Source: Promethearchaeota archaeon (GTDB taxonomy: Archaea; Asgardarchaeota; Lokiarchaeia; Sigyniarchaeales; SOKP01). Taken from it: 55,464 bases of DNA. A program made the position numbers and the translations under genes. The notes beneath the pieces were generated by a model that saw nothing but the letters and a program-made list of their open reading frames with translations, searched no databases and was not told where the DNA came from. The stretch covers positions 1 through 55,464 of the forward strand of contig JBHLMP010000025.1 in assembly GCA_048938025.1 (NCBI GenBank), read 5' to 3'. Positions 1 to 13,719 of this stretch are shown one piece after another. The first letter of the stretch is position 1, and every line of letters begins with the position of its first letter.

Positions 1-123
1 ATTAGGTTGACCAATCTCATCAAGTATCTTAAATATATTCGTTTTTGGATATTTTAAATAATCAAAAACAGTATCGGGAGTTTTTTTAGGTTGATAATCT
101 GGAAATAAATCTTTTTCATTCAA
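1..123 (-). CDS. Partial hypothetical protein (5' end; runs off the window start)
   Basis: Open frame from TTG at 123 to the window edge (MNEKDLFPDYQPKKTPDTVFDYLKYPK...), divergent from the GTPase gene; not in the ORF track. Confidence 0.5.
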   Translation of the reverse strand, partial: MNEKDLFPDYQPKKTPDTVFDYLKYPKTNIFKILDEIGQPN

Positions 124-256
124 GGTGATTTCGATCTTTCTAAATTTTTAGTATAAAGTTTAAAATTGTTAATTTCATTAAAATTTTTAATAATTATCAA
201 TTATAATACAACTTAAAAATTTTACCAAAACTAGTATTAAATGGAGGAAGTAAGAG

Positions 257-832
257 ATGACTGAAGAAAGACCAATATATATTTTCAAAATAGTCATTTT
301 GGGTCAAGAAAGAGTAGGAAAAACTTGTCTTGCAAGAAGATTATGTTTTGATACTTTTGACGCAAATACAAAAGAAACTATTGGGATAGATTTTTATACA
401 TATAATTTTCCTGCTGTTGTTGATGGGGAAGATACTTTTATTCGCCTAAGTATTTGGGATTTTGGCGGTCGTGAACAGTTTAAAAAATTCTTTCCTTACT
501 ATATTAATGGAGCTAATGGAATATTTATGGTATTTGATCTAGTAGATCTTCAAACTTTATTGAGATTAGACTGGTGGTACGAGAAATTAGGTGATTATAA
601 TCATGGAGATACTCCAAGGATTTTTATAGGAACAAAAAATGACCTAGTTAAAATTGCTGACGAGAAAAGCAAGGTTGATGATTTAGTTATTAAAAGATTT
701 ATGGAAAGACATGATGAGGGGGTATTTTTTAAAACTTCTTCAAAAGAGAATTATAATGTTCAAAAAATTTTTAAAGAACTTGTTATTAAGGTATTAGAAA
801 ATAATAAATTAGATTTTGATAAACTCTTATAA
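257..832 (+). CDS. Rab/Ras-superfamily small GTPase
   Basis: G1 GQERVGKT, G2 TIGIDF, G3 WDFGG, G4 TKND, G5 TSSK; GGAGG upstream; no C-terminal Cys. Confidence 0.93.
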   Translation: MTEERPIYIFKIVILGQERVGKTCLARRLCFDTFDANTKETIGIDFYTYNFPAVVDGEDTFIRLSIWDFGGREQFKKFFPYYINGANGIFMVFDLVDLQTLLRLDWWYEKLGDYNHGDTPRIFIGTKNDLVKIADEKSKVDDLVIKRFMERHDEGVFFKTSSKENYNVQKIFKELVIKVLENNKLDFDKLL

Positions 833-997
833 CAAATCTAGTTTATTCATTTATGAAGAAAACATTTATGGAGAAGAACCAACAACACAAAAGGAAGTTG
901 CTAATTAAAAAAGATTGAAGAAGAATTAAAACTTTTTGAGCAATATTATAACTAATTTATTATATATTAGGTTAAATGGTTTAAAAGGTGAATTTTT

Positions 998-1600
998 ATA
1001 GTAAGTGAAATATTTCCACCATCATTATATAATTTCGTTAAATTTATGAATGAAAATTCAAATGAGAAAACAATACTTGATTGTGGAGCAGGAGGTCGGT
1101 TCCCAAAGTTAGCTTTATTTTCCTATTATGAATATGAAACTTATGGTATCGAAATTTCAGAGGAAAGAATAGATTGGGCAAATGAATATTGTCAAAACAA
1201 AGGTATTACATTAAATATTAAAAAGGGAGATATGCGAAATATAGAATTTGATTCTAATTCATTTGGTTTTACATACACTTATAATACAATCTTTCACTTA
1301 ACTAAAAAGGACACAAAAATTGCATTAGATGAAATGTTCCGGGTATTGAAAAAAAATGGACTTTTATTTGTAAATCTTCTTTCTGTTGAAGATTCTTTTT
1401 ATGGAGATGGTAAGGAAGTAAGATCTGGAGAATTTGTAAAAAAATATGACGACGAACAGGTATTACATTGTTTTTATACTGACAATGAAGCAGATATTTT
1501 TTTCAAAAATCATAAGATTATTTTTAAAGAGAAGAAAAGGGTTTTTATTAATAATATTTCATATTTGCCTTGTATGTTAGATTATATCATCAAAAAATGA
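998..1600 (+). CDS. Class I SAM-dependent methyltransferase
   Basis: ILDCGAGG motif I, GDMR, RVLKKNG; ORF track start is 1046, but the frame is open back to ATA at 998 behind AGGTGA (start uncertain). Confidence 0.85.
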   Translation: MVSEIFPPSLYNFVKFMNENSNEKTILDCGAGGRFPKLALFSYYEYETYGIEISEERIDWANEYCQNKGITLNIKKGDMRNIEFDSNSFGFTYTYNTIFHLTKKDTKIALDEMFRVLKKNGLLFVNLLSVEDSFYGDGKEVRSGEFVKKYDDEQVLHCFYTDNEADIFFKNHKIIFKEKKRVFINNISYLPCMLDYIIKK

Positions 1601-1661
1601 AAAATGATACAAAAGAAATTTCGCTTTAGTAAATAAGAAGATTAAAAAGTTCTTTTGAAAA

Positions 1662-3134
1662 TTAATTATTATTCGATTTTAACTTTCTTATCTTTTCTCC
1701 GTATTCAAATAAATTCAAGAAGGATTTAGCAGCTGCTTCTATTGTGGGATAAACAAGAAAATTATCTTTTATCAACATTTCATAAAAAACTGTTCGAGAT
1801 TTACTAGGATATTGGTGTAAAATAATAATGAAGACCTTATTAAGAGATTCAACATACTTCTTTAATTCCAATAAATTATGATAATATCCTTTAAAAAATT
1901 CTCCTTCCCAATCTCCCCAAGCATCTGTTTCTACAATTATTAAATCAATATTTTCATCAATAGCTGCTTTACTAACTTCTAAAAACACTTTTTTATGTTC
2001 TATCCAAGGTAAGTCAAGAGGATTTGATAAGCTACCGATTGTAATAGGATATATTTTTTTTAGTTTTGCCAAAGTCTTACCTTCAAAATAAGGCAGTTCT
2101 AGACCCATTTCTGTTAGGGTATCTGTAGCTAAAATTCCAAAACCACCAGACCAAAGAATCATTAAAGTTCTCTTACTTTTTGGATATATTACTTTTTTTT
2201 TGAGTTTTTTAAATCTGTTTATATGTTTAGAGAAGATATAAGCATAATCAATTAATTTATCTAATGATGGAGGGACTTCAATAACGGATGTTTGTTTATA
2301 TATTGCATCCCATATGCTTCGTTTAGTTGCCATTGAACCTGTATGGGTTAAAACTGCAGTTTGACCTCTTGTAGTCCTTCCACCTCTCATAAATAATACG
2401 GGTTTATTCAAATTTTTTAATACATCCAACAGATTTTTTCCTTCATTGATATACAATGGTGAAATTCCTTCAAAATAAACACAAATTAAATCAGTTTTTT
2501 CGTCATTATTAAAATACTGTAAGAATTCAGAAATTTGTATATCTATACAATTTCCTAGACTTACACCCATCGAGAATCTAAGATTGTATTTACGTGAGCC
2601 AAATTTAATCATTTTTGAATGTAAATCTCCCGATTGAAAAATTAAACCAATATTGCCCTTCTCTACGGGAAAAGAAGGATAGTAAGCAATTTTTCCACGG
2701 GGACTATATAAACCCATACAATTGGGTCCAATTGCTCGAGTATTAGGATATTTATTTAGAAGTTGTTGTAACTGTTTTTCGATTTTCACTCCTACTTCAT
2801 CAGCTTCTCCTGTGCCTGCTGTAAAAATGTGAATGAACTTTACTTTTTTCTTTGAGAGAATTTCTTGTAATGACTTAATAAGTAAATCCCTTCTTACTGA
2901 TAAAATTAGAAGATCAATGGTATCTGTTGGGATAATATCCACTGACTCATAACATTTTACACCTGTTAAAGTTTCTAATTTAGGGGAAATCAAAAATAAA
3001 TTCTCAAAATTGAAACCTTGTCTCTTAAATCCTTGAATATAAAAAGAGATTTTCTCTTTTGCTTCGTAGATAGCAATAGTTTTAGGATTAAAAATCAATT
3101 CTAAAGAATTATCATAATTATTTTGCATTTTCAA
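1662..3134 (-). CDS. Acyl-CoA synthetase (NDP-forming) alpha-like, CoA-binding protein
   Basis: IGPNCMG, SG, GN..D and THTG phospho-His loop, NPLD; no ATP-grasp domain. Confidence 0.8.
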   Translation of the reverse strand: MKMQNNYDNSLELIFNPKTIAIYEAKEKISFYIQGFKRQGFNFENLFLISPKLETLTGVKCYESVDIIPTDTIDLLILSVRRDLLIKSLQEILSKKKVKFIHIFTAGTGEADEVGVKIEKQLQQLLNKYPNTRAIGPNCMGLYSPRGKIAYYPSFPVEKGNIGLIFQSGDLHSKMIKFGSRKYNLRFSMGVSLGNCIDIQISEFLQYFNNDEKTDLICVYFEGISPLYINEGKNLLDVLKNLNKPVLFMRGGRTTRGQTAVLTHTGSMATKRSIWDAIYKQTSVIEVPPSLDKLIDYAYIFSKHINRFKKLKKKVIYPKSKRTLMILWSGGFGILATDTLTEMGLELPYFEGKTLAKLKKIYPITIGSLSNPLDLPWIEHKKVFLEVSKAAIDENIDLIIVETDAWGDWEGEFFKGYYHNLLELKKYVESLNKVFIIILHQYPSKSRTVFYEMLIKDNFLVYPTIEAAAKSFLNLFEYGEKIRKLKSNNN

Positions 3135-3726
3135 CGTTTTCCCCTGTATTAAATGTTAATTTAGTATTACAATTATAACAGAATTGAGGAATTGAATTAA
3201 ATTGAGTTCCGCATTTTGGACATTTAGATTTACATTTGCTTGCAATTAGTTGTAAATCCTCATAATGAACCGAAGCTTTAGGTTTTATGAGAGCCTTTAA
3301 AATTAAAGATAATCCAATTGATATTGATACGATAAAAATCCCAAGGATAATTGTTTGAAAAAAATGTGTAGGAAAATTAGAATCAAAATAATCAGATGAA
3401 TATCTATCTAAGAAGATATAAAAAAAGAAATTAGGAAAGAAAAACGTGATTAAATTCATAGAATAGGCTTTTTTATAATTATTATATGAAAAAATTGGTA
3501 TTAGTGATACCAGTATCCAAATTAAATAGATAAAAAGCAAATTACTAAGTTTATCAAACATTATGTAATTAGCTAAAATTTGTATTATTTTTTTATGTTC
3601 TATTGAAATATCTGTATCGAAATTGATATTAAATTTATAATCGAAACTATAAATAATTAAACTTAAAATAACAATTTGAATCACAAAAATTACTATCTTG
3701 CTTTTGAAAAACCAATTTTTCTCCAT
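3118..3726 (-). CDS. Membrane protein with C-terminal zinc ribbon
   Basis: About 4 hydrophobic segments, then CPKCG...CYNC; overlaps the next gene. Confidence 0.7.
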   Translation of the reverse strand: MEKNWFFKSKIVIFVIQIVILSLIIYSFDYKFNINFDTDISIEHKKIIQILANYIMFDKLSNLLFIYLIWILVSLIPIFSYNNYKKAYSMNLITFFFPNFFFYIFLDRYSSDYFDSNFPTHFFQTIILGIFIVSISIGLSLILKALIKPKASVHYEDLQLIASKCKSKCPKCGTQFNSIPQFCYNCNTKLTFNTGENVENAK

Positions 3727-4000
3727 ATTAAATTACTAAATTCAGCATTTAATTAAATTTATTATTTATTAATTAAAATTTTATATATAATTTTCCTTGC
3801 TTTTTGATTTCATTAAATTTCCAAGTTAAGATCATTAGGATAATAATTTGATGAGTGAGTTATTTTAACATTGTACATCTGGAAAAATTAGTCTAAAATC
3901 GTAAAATTTTTAATATTTGGTGTATTCTTTACTACACAGTGGAAAGCTCATATACTTATTTTTTAAGAATATCATTATTATTTCAAAACCAAAATAGAGG

Positions 4001-6943
<2,943 letters not shown>

Positions 6944-6949
6944 AGAAAA

Positions 6950-8176
6950 ATGGCTAAAGTAACACTTAAAATTTTAGAAGAACGTTTAAATTTTTTAATA
7001 GATGATGGTATTCCAGAAGATTTAATCGAAAAAATTCGAGAAAAAGTAAAAGATGTAGATTTAGAAGAAGAACAATTGGAATACCTTTTAAATAAAGTAT
7101 TTATTAATTATAATAACTCATTAATGGAAGCAAATGAACCATGTGGGACAGTTGCAGCTCAATCAATTGGTGAACCAGGAACCCAAATGACTCTTCGAAC
7201 TTTCCATTATGCAGGTGTTGAAGAGTTCTCAGTTACTCAAGGTCTTCCACGCTTGATTGAGATTGTAGATGCTCGGCGTTTTCCCTCAACTCCACAAATG
7301 ACTATTTACTTAGAGGAACCTTATAATAAAACAGAAGAAGCGGCTATCAAGGTTCATAATCGTATAGAACAAATAAGAATTGAACAGATAACCCATGATG
7401 TAGATCTTGATTTTGTAAATTGGCAAATTCATATTAATCTTATTACTGAAATTTGTGAAAAGAAAGGGATAGATATTGAACAAATCCCTGAAATTTTAAA
7501 AAGGTATAAGAAAAAAGGTACAATTAAGCGAGAAGGAAGCACGATCATTATTGATCCTGGGATTGAGGATCTTCAGAGTTTACAGAAATTAAGAGAAAAA
7601 ATCCTAAAAAAAGTTGTAAAAGGAATTAGAGGAGTGAAAAGAGGTTTATTAACACCTTCAGACAATAATGAAGAATGGGTTATTAAGACTGAAGGTACAA
7701 ACATGCAAGGTGTAATTCAAATTGATGGAGTGGATACAACAAGAACAGTTTCAAATCATATCCATGAAATAGAGAAACTATATGGTATAGAAGCTGCACG
7801 TAAAATGATTATTACTGAATCACAAAAAGTCCTTGAACAACAAGGATTAGATGTAGATCTAAGGCACCTACTAATTCTATCAGATTTAATGTGTCATACT
7901 GGATCAATTCAGTCCATAGGAAGACATGGCATTTCAGGCTCAAAATCGAGTGTATTTGCAAGAGCGGCTTTTGAAGTCACAGTTAATCAATTACTGGATG
8001 CTGGACTTTATGGAGAGGAAGAAAGATTACTTGGGATCCCTGAAAACGTTATTATAGGACAAGTAATTCCCATAGGCAGTGGAAGAGTGGCTGTAGCTTT
8101 TGATTTAGATGAAAATTTAAGAATTTTAGAAGAAAAGAGAAATTTGAGAAAATCCAAAAAAAGCTCAGAAGGATAA
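6950..8176 (+). CDS. rpoA2: DNA-directed RNA polymerase subunit A'' (Rpo1C)
   Basis: [23 protein letters not shown], follows rpoA1. Confidence 0.98.
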   Translation: MAKVTLKILEERLNFLIDDGIPEDLIEKIREKVKDVDLEEEQLEYLLNKVFINYNNSLMEANEPCGTVAAQSIGEPGTQMTLRTFHYAGVEEFSVTQGLPRLIEIVDARRFPSTPQMTIYLEEPYNKTEEAAIKVHNRIEQIRIEQITHDVDLDFVNWQIHINLITEICEKKGIDIEQIPEILKRYKKKGTIKREGSTIIIDPGIEDLQSLQKLREKILKKVVKGIRGVKRGLLTPSDNNEEWVIKTEGTNMQGVIQIDGVDTTRTVSNHIHEIEKLYGIEAARKMIITESQKVLEQQGLDVDLRHLLILSDLMCHTGSIQSIGRHGISGSKSSVFARAAFEVTVNQLLDAGLYGEEERLLGIPENVIIGQVIPIGSGRVAVAFDLDENLRILEEKRNLRKSKKSSEG

Positions 8177-8336
8177 GACTGAAAAGATAATAAGAATTAA
8201 ATTTCAAACCTCGGAGAAATTTAATATAATTAAAAACTAATGAAAATGAAGAAATAACTTAAACTAACAAATAATTAAATTCAAGTATAAATTATAATTA
8301 CTATTACTCAATTAAAAGATACTTTTTGACAATATA

Positions 8337-8717
8337 ATGGCAAAGAAGAAGAAGAACAAAGCTACATCAGAAAAAGTTGACTTATCGCGTAAGAAAGTGA
8401 AGGAATTTGATATTGACACAAATATCAAAGTTGCATATAAAACTGGAAAAATTGTATTCGGTAGAAATCAAGTGTTAAGGTCAATGAGACAAAATCAATT
8501 CAAAATGATAATCATTGCAAATAATTGCCCTATGGACCTTATAAAGCAATTAAACCACTATAATTCACTTGGTAAGGACAATATTTTTATTTATAAGTAT
8601 AAAGGTTCAAGCTGGGATTTAGGGTTAGCATGTGCGAAGCCATACATGATTAGTATTATAGGTATTTATGACTATGGAGATTCCAATCTACAAAGTTTAA
8701 TTAGTAAAAGAAAGTAA
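8337..8717 (+). CDS. rpl30e: Ribosomal protein eL30 (L30e) with basic N-terminal extension
   Basis: TGKIVFG, IIANNCP, LGLACAKPY; conserved position after rpoA2. Confidence 0.93.
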   Translation: MAKKKKNKATSEKVDLSRKKVKEFDIDTNIKVAYKTGKIVFGRNQVLRSMRQNQFKMIIIANNCPMDLIKQLNHYNSLGKDNIFIYKYKGSSWDLGLACAKPYMISIIGIYDYGDSNLQSLISKRK

Positions 8718-8733
8718 CTTAATTGGTTCAAAA

Positions 8734-9213
8734 ATGTTAAGAAAAAATATTAGAATTGATCAGAAATCAATGGAACTTATTTCCTTGTTTAATAATATAT
8801 CTGGCGCTATAATAAAAGACTGTCTGATTTTTAGATCTCCTGAAAATAATTCTGAAGTAGTTATCTTTTTAGTAAAAAAAGAAGATGTAGGTAAAGCAAT
8901 TGGAAAGGCTGGAGAACATGTAAAAGATTTAAAGTCAAAACTTCAAAAGAATATAGATGTCATCGAATTTTCTGAAGATCTTAACCAATTTATACAAAAT
9001 ATCTTAAATACTACTAAAAATGCCATAAAACTCCAAAATATCGAAATTAAAGAGAGTAAGAATCTAAAAAAAACAGTTATTATCTCTGTTCGCCCCCAAG
9101 ATCGTGGAAAAGCAATAGGTAAAGAAGGCAGTATGATCAGAAAAATAAAAGAATTAGTTTTAAGGTACTTTGAAGTAGATAATGTAATAATTAATACAAA
9201 AAATAATTTTTAA
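8734..9213 (+). CDS. nusA: Archaeal NusA (KH-domain transcription factor)
   Basis: Two GKAIGK.G KH motifs; conserved synteny. Confidence 0.93.
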   Translation: MLRKNIRIDQKSMELISLFNNISGAIIKDCLIFRSPENNSEVVIFLVKKEDVGKAIGKAGEHVKDLKSKLQKNIDVIEFSEDLNQFIQNILNTTKNAIKLQNIEIKESKNLKKTVIISVRPQDRGKAIGKEGSMIRKIKELVLRYFEVDNVIINTKNNF

Positions 9214-9321
9214 TCCGAAGAACTCATTCTGTTCTATTTAAGATATTTATAATATTCATAAATTTTAAGTTAAAAGAACTATTCTATTTAATATTCATAA
9301 TTTTAATAGCTGGTGTTTAAA

Positions 9322-9756
9322 ATAGGAAAACCAAAAGGTTTATACGCTGCGAGACAATTAAGAAAAAATCGTAGACGTTTTCGATGGTCAAAATCTAAAT
9401 ATAAGAGAAAACAGTTAAAACTCAAACAGAAAGTTGATCCTCTTGAAGGAGCTCCACAAGCCCTAGGCATCGTGCTACAAAAAGTTGGGAGAGAAAGTAA
9501 ACAACCTAATTCAGCTATTAGGAAATGTGTACGTGTACAATTAAAGAAAAATGGAAAGGGTGTTACTGCATTTCTACCTGGAGATGGAGCTTTAAACTTT
9601 ATCGAGGAGCATGATCGTGTTCTACTAGAAGGTATTGGCGGAGCTAAAGGACGTGCTATTGGTGATCTCCCGGGAGTAAGGTGGAAAGTAATAAAAGTAA
9701 ATGGTGTGAGTCTTCAAGCACTTTTAACTGGTAGGAGAGAAAAGCCACTTAGATAG
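9322..9756 (+). CDS. rps12: Ribosomal protein uS12
   Basis: [22 protein letters not shown]; homolog-like start MGKPKG falls on ATA 9322 (ORF track uses GTG 9313). Confidence 0.97.
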   Translation: MGKPKGLYAARQLRKNRRRFRWSKSKYKRKQLKLKQKVDPLEGAPQALGIVLQKVGRESKQPNSAIRKCVRVQLKKNGKGVTAFLPGDGALNFIEEHDRVLLEGIGGAKGRAIGDLPGVRWKVIKVNGVSLQALLTGRREKPLR

Positions 9757-9768
9757 AGGTAATAATTA

Positions 9769-10386
9769 ATGAGTAAAAGCAAAGCTGAGATCAAGTTATT
9801 TAATAAATGGTCGTTTGAAAACATCGAGTTAAACGATTTTACGCTTGAGAAATATATAAACTTAAAACCAATCATAGTACCACATTCAGCAGGTCGTCAT
9901 GAACATAGGCGTTTCTGGAAAAGCTCACGTGTTTCTATAATAGAAAGATTTACCAATAGATTACTTTCTCCTGGCTTTATTGGAAGCAAAATAAGAGGTC
10001 ATAAGAGTTCTTATAATTCTGGAAAAAAAAGTAAATTAGTAAAAAGTCTAAAAGATTCACTTACATTAATAGAGTTAAGAACTGGTCAAAATCCAATTCA
10101 AGTGTTAGTTGATGCCATTGTGAATACTGCTCCGAGAGAAGAAACAACCAAGATAGCAATGGGTGGAATCAGTTATGCTTCAGCCGTAGATATCGCGCCC
10201 CAACGCCGAGTTGACTTAGCTATAAAGTATCTTGTTCAAGCAATTGGTGCAATATCTCATGGGAATGAAAGGATGTTTGAAGAAAATGTAGCTCATGAAT
10301 TAATTTTAGCGGCACAAAATAGTCAAGAATCTAGAGCAGTAAAACGAAAAGATGAAATTGAGAGAATTGCTGTATCTGCACGATAA
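9769..10386 (+). CDS. rps7: Ribosomal protein uS7
   Basis: PHSAGRH, NPIQVLVDA, VDIAPQRRVD, ERIAVSAR. Confidence 0.97.
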   Translation: MSKSKAEIKLFNKWSFENIELNDFTLEKYINLKPIIVPHSAGRHEHRRFWKSSRVSIIERFTNRLLSPGFIGSKIRGHKSSYNSGKKSKLVKSLKDSLTLIELRTGQNPIQVLVDAIVNTAPREETTKIAMGGISYASAVDIAPQRRVDLAIKYLVQAIGAISHGNERMFEENVAHELILAAQNSQESRAVKRKDEIERIAVSAR

Positions 10387-10636
10387 CTTTTTTTAAAATT
10401 TTTTAACAAATAACTAATTCTAAATATAAAAGAAATTTTAAAATTAAAGATTTTAAAATTTTTAACCAAATCTCTTACTATAGTTTTCAATATCACCTAC
10501 ATATTATCTATCTTTATTAAGGCAATGGAAAAACCCCAAATTTTTATATAATTGATAAACATATTATTTAGATAAGCAGTGTTAAAGGTATACAACTATA
10601 TCGATAATTAAAATTGAATCCGACAAAAAATAAAAT

Positions 10637-12613
10637 ATGTTAGAAAAACAATTGAAAACATTAGGACAAAAAATTAGAATAGATATTTTAAAGAAACTAA
10701 AAAATATTAAAGAACCTATTTCATTTTCACGACTTCAAAAAGAAGTTATTAATTGTAATAATACATCTGTAAATTTCTCATTTCATTTGAATGCATTAAA
10801 AGACTGTAATTTAATAGAATCTTCTGAAGATGGATATTATATTACAGTTTTAGGTAAGCAGATATTAAATAGTGTATTATCTATTGAACAGATCTTAGTT
10901 GAAAAAAATAGGGTAAAAATGATTAGAACATCTAAATATTCGAAAGAAATCTTTGATATAAATAAAATTAAGGAATATCTCATAAAGGAAGGCGAAATGG
11001 AATCTTTTATAGCTAAACAAATTGCTCATGAAGTTGAAGAGCGCCTTTCGAAGACTAATATTGAATATCTAACTGCTCCTTTAATGCGTGAATATATTAA
11101 TGCAATTTTATTAGAAAATGGATTTGAAGAAGTAAGACACAAATTAACTCGTTTAGGAACACCTCCATTTGAAGTATTTAAATTATTTAACTCAGAAGGC
11201 AACAATATTAATCCTGACAAGTTCATAAAGGAATTAGGATCTGATGTTTCTGAGCAATTTTTACTCTTGAACTTATTGCCAAAAAATCTAGCTGATTTAT
11301 ATTTAACAGGAGAAATAGCTCTACTACACTTAAATTATTGGAGTTTGAGACCTTTAAGCGTATATCTAAATACAAACTCAGTAATTGAGGTGATTATTAA
11401 AAGAAATTTGAATTCCTCGAGTAAATTAACCAATTCTAGAGAATTAACTAACTTAATTCTGCTTTTTATTGATCTTTTACATAATTTTAAGCCTTATTTC
11501 TCTCAAGATTTAGTATTAGGTGATTTCAATAAAAATATTCTTTCTTATATGAATTCCCATGAGAAAATTTTATACTTTATTGATATTTTGAAATCCCAAA
11601 TTCTCAAGTTTAACAATTCTTTTGAAGATCTGAGACATGGTTTAACTATTGACTTTAACTATCATGATTTTAAGGATTCAACTGATTTGGTCTTAAATCA
11701 ATTCAAAGTCGATAAAGAATTTTTGAATTATAAAATAAGAGAAAAAGAATTTGATAATAATATTAAACCTTTTATAATATTTGATTATTCAAAATTAAAT
11801 ACTTCAAATTTACAAAGTATATTTTTAGAAGATGTAATACCTATTTTAAAAAATAATAATATTTGCTTCTACAACTATAATTCCTCAAATTTTCTAAATT
11901 CTGCTTTAATTAAAATTAAAAATTCTAACAAAAATCAGATAATTTTAGATAAAATTTTAATTAATTTACATTCAATATCAGTAAAGGCAAATCGAAATGA
12001 TGATTTATTCCTAGATTTGCTATTTGACAAAATGAGTTGTGTTTTTGATTTATTTAAACATAAAGAATCGTTAGTAAAAAAGAAATTAAATTCTTTAAAT
12101 GGTTGGCAACGTTTAATTCATGATTTTTTTGGAAAAATTGAAACCGATTTTTATAAGAATACAATCAAATCTGTAAGTTTTTTTGGTTTAAATGAAGCAA
12201 TTTTAAATCATTGTGGAATAGAACTTGATAGATTAGGGAATAGTGAAGAATTTGCCTTAAGGATCTTATCTTTCATGAAAAAATTAATTAGAGAAAAAAA
12301 TCAAGAAGAGAACAATTATTATATTTTAAGCCAACCTCATAATGATACGTATTTACATAATGCGTGGCATAATGGAACAACTCTAAGAAGTGATATGGCA
12401 CATAGATATTCATCAAGCATTATTAGACACAATTCAAAGTTACCTTTAGCTAAAAGAGTTAATTTATTTAAAAAATTTGAAAAAGTTATCAACGGTGGAA
12501 TTATATTTGATGAATATATTGATATCAATGGGACATCAATAAAAGGGCTCTTATCTAATCTATTCAAATCAGAATTAGAAGCGATTTGTATACAGAAAAG
12601 GATTAAAATTTAG
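10637..12613 (+). CDS. ArsR-like winged HTH + ATP-cone + degenerate class III ribonucleotide reductase (NrdD)-like fusion
   Basis: N-terminal RIDILKKL...FSFHLNALKDCNLI; ATP-cone MIRTSKYSKEIFD...LTAPLMREYINAIL; NrdD-like SVSFFGLNEA; no C-terminal R.xGY glycyl motif. Confidence 0.7.
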   Translation: MLEKQLKTLGQKIRIDILKKLKNIKEPISFSRLQKEVINCNNTSVNFSFHLNALKDCNLIESSEDGYYITVLGKQILNSVLSIEQILVEKNRVKMIRTSKYSKEIFDINKIKEYLIKEGEMESFIAKQIAHEVEERLSKTNIEYLTAPLMREYINAILLENGFEEVRHKLTRLGTPPFEVFKLFNSEGNNINPDKFIKELGSDVSEQFLLLNLLPKNLADLYLTGEIALLHLNYWSLRPLSVYLNTNSVIEVIIKRNLNSSSKLTNSRELTNLILLFIDLLHNFKPYFSQDLVLGDFNKNILSYMNSHEKILYFIDILKSQILKFNNSFEDLRHGLTIDFNYHDFKDSTDLVLNQFKVDKEFLNYKIREKEFDNNIKPFIIFDYSKLNTSNLQSIFLEDVIPILKNNNICFYNYNSSNFLNSALIKIKNSNKNQIILDKILINLHSISVKANRNDDLFLDLLFDKMSCVFDLFKHKESLVKKKLNSLNGWQRLIHDFFGKIETDFYKNTIKSVSFFGLNEAILNHCGIELDRLGNSEEFALRILSFMKKLIREKNQEENNYYILSQPHNDTYLHNAWHNGTTLRSDMAHRYSSSIIRHNSKLPLAKRVNLFKKFEKVINGGIIFDEYIDINGTSIKGLLSNLFKSELEAICIQKRIKI

Positions 12614-12636
12614 GATATATTAAATAGAGAGATTTC

Positions 12637-13599
12637 TCAGCTTTTATTTGACATCAATTCTGCTAGAAGTGCTTTTCTCATTGGGATTCCGTAAAATGTT
12701 TGTTTAAAGTAAAGTGATTTCTCAGAATTGTCTACTTTTGGTGAAATTTCGGAAACACGGGGTAAAGGATGTAATAATCTAAATTCATTTTTAGTGTCAT
12801 TTAGATCCTCTTTTCTAAAAACATATATATCCTTAACCTTTTCATATTCTTCCAAATCAATGAATCTTTCTTTTTGAATTCGTGTCATATAAAGAACATC
12901 TAACACACTTAGAATCAAACGATATTTATTAATTTCTTTATATTTTACTTGTCGTTGTCTTAAAAAATCTTTATCTCTATTCCTCATTCTAAGCTCCTTA
13001 GGGCTTATGAAATAGAGATTTACATCAAAATAAGAGAGCAAAATTGAAAGTGAGTGAACTGTACGACCATACTTAAGATCACCCATTATACCAATATTTA
13101 AGCCATCTAAAGATCCAATCTCTTCAGTTATAGTTAATAGATCTAATAATGCTTGAGTAGGATGTTCACCACTTCCTGACCCTGCATTAATTATCGGGAC
13201 GTTTGCGAACTTTGCTGCCATTCGAGCAGCTCCTTCAAGGTTATGTCTCATCACTATACAGTCACTATAATTTTCAACCGTTCTTATTGTATCGGCAATG
13301 CTTTCTCCTTTTTTGATAGAAGAAACATCTCCAGAATGGAATCCTATTACATTACCTCCTAATCTATACATTGCAGATTCAAAACTGAGACGAGTACGGG
13401 TTGATGGTTCAAAAAATAATGTTGCTAAGATTTTTCCTTGAAGAATATTAGAATTTTTAATTTGAATCATTTCTTTAGCTTTTTTTAAGATATAATCAAT
13501 ATCTTCCCTATCAAATTGCTTAGCACTTATTATTCCTTCATTAAATTTCTCTTTAAACTTCAATATTCTCATCAATATGGTTTTATTAAAATTATGCAA
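12637..13599 (-). CDS. pyrB: Aspartate carbamoyltransferase catalytic subunit
   Basis: FFEPSTRTRLSF, HPTQ, GDLKYGRTVHS, HPLP; true start probably downstream (e.g. 13572). Confidence 0.97.
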   Translation of the reverse strand: MHNFNKTILMRILKFKEKFNEGIISAKQFDREDIDYILKKAKEMIQIKNSNILQGKILATLFFEPSTRTRLSFESAMYRLGGNVIGFHSGDVSSIKKGESIADTIRTVENYSDCIVMRHNLEGAARMAAKFANVPIINAGSGSGEHPTQALLDLLTITEEIGSLDGLNIGIMGDLKYGRTVHSLSILLSYFDVNLYFISPKELRMRNRDKDFLRQRQVKYKEINKYRLILSVLDVLYMTRIQKERFIDLEEYEKVKDIYVFRKEDLNDTKNEFRLLHPLPRVSEISPKVDNSEKSLYFKQTFYGIPMRKALLAELMSNKS

Positions 13600-13719
13600 A
13601 TAAGATTTAAAACATTTTTTATTAAACAGTAGAAGTATTATATGAAAGAAAGAGAACTAATAAAATTTAAAATTCATAAATAACTACTTAACTTAATTAG
13701 ATATTAAGGTTAGTGAATT

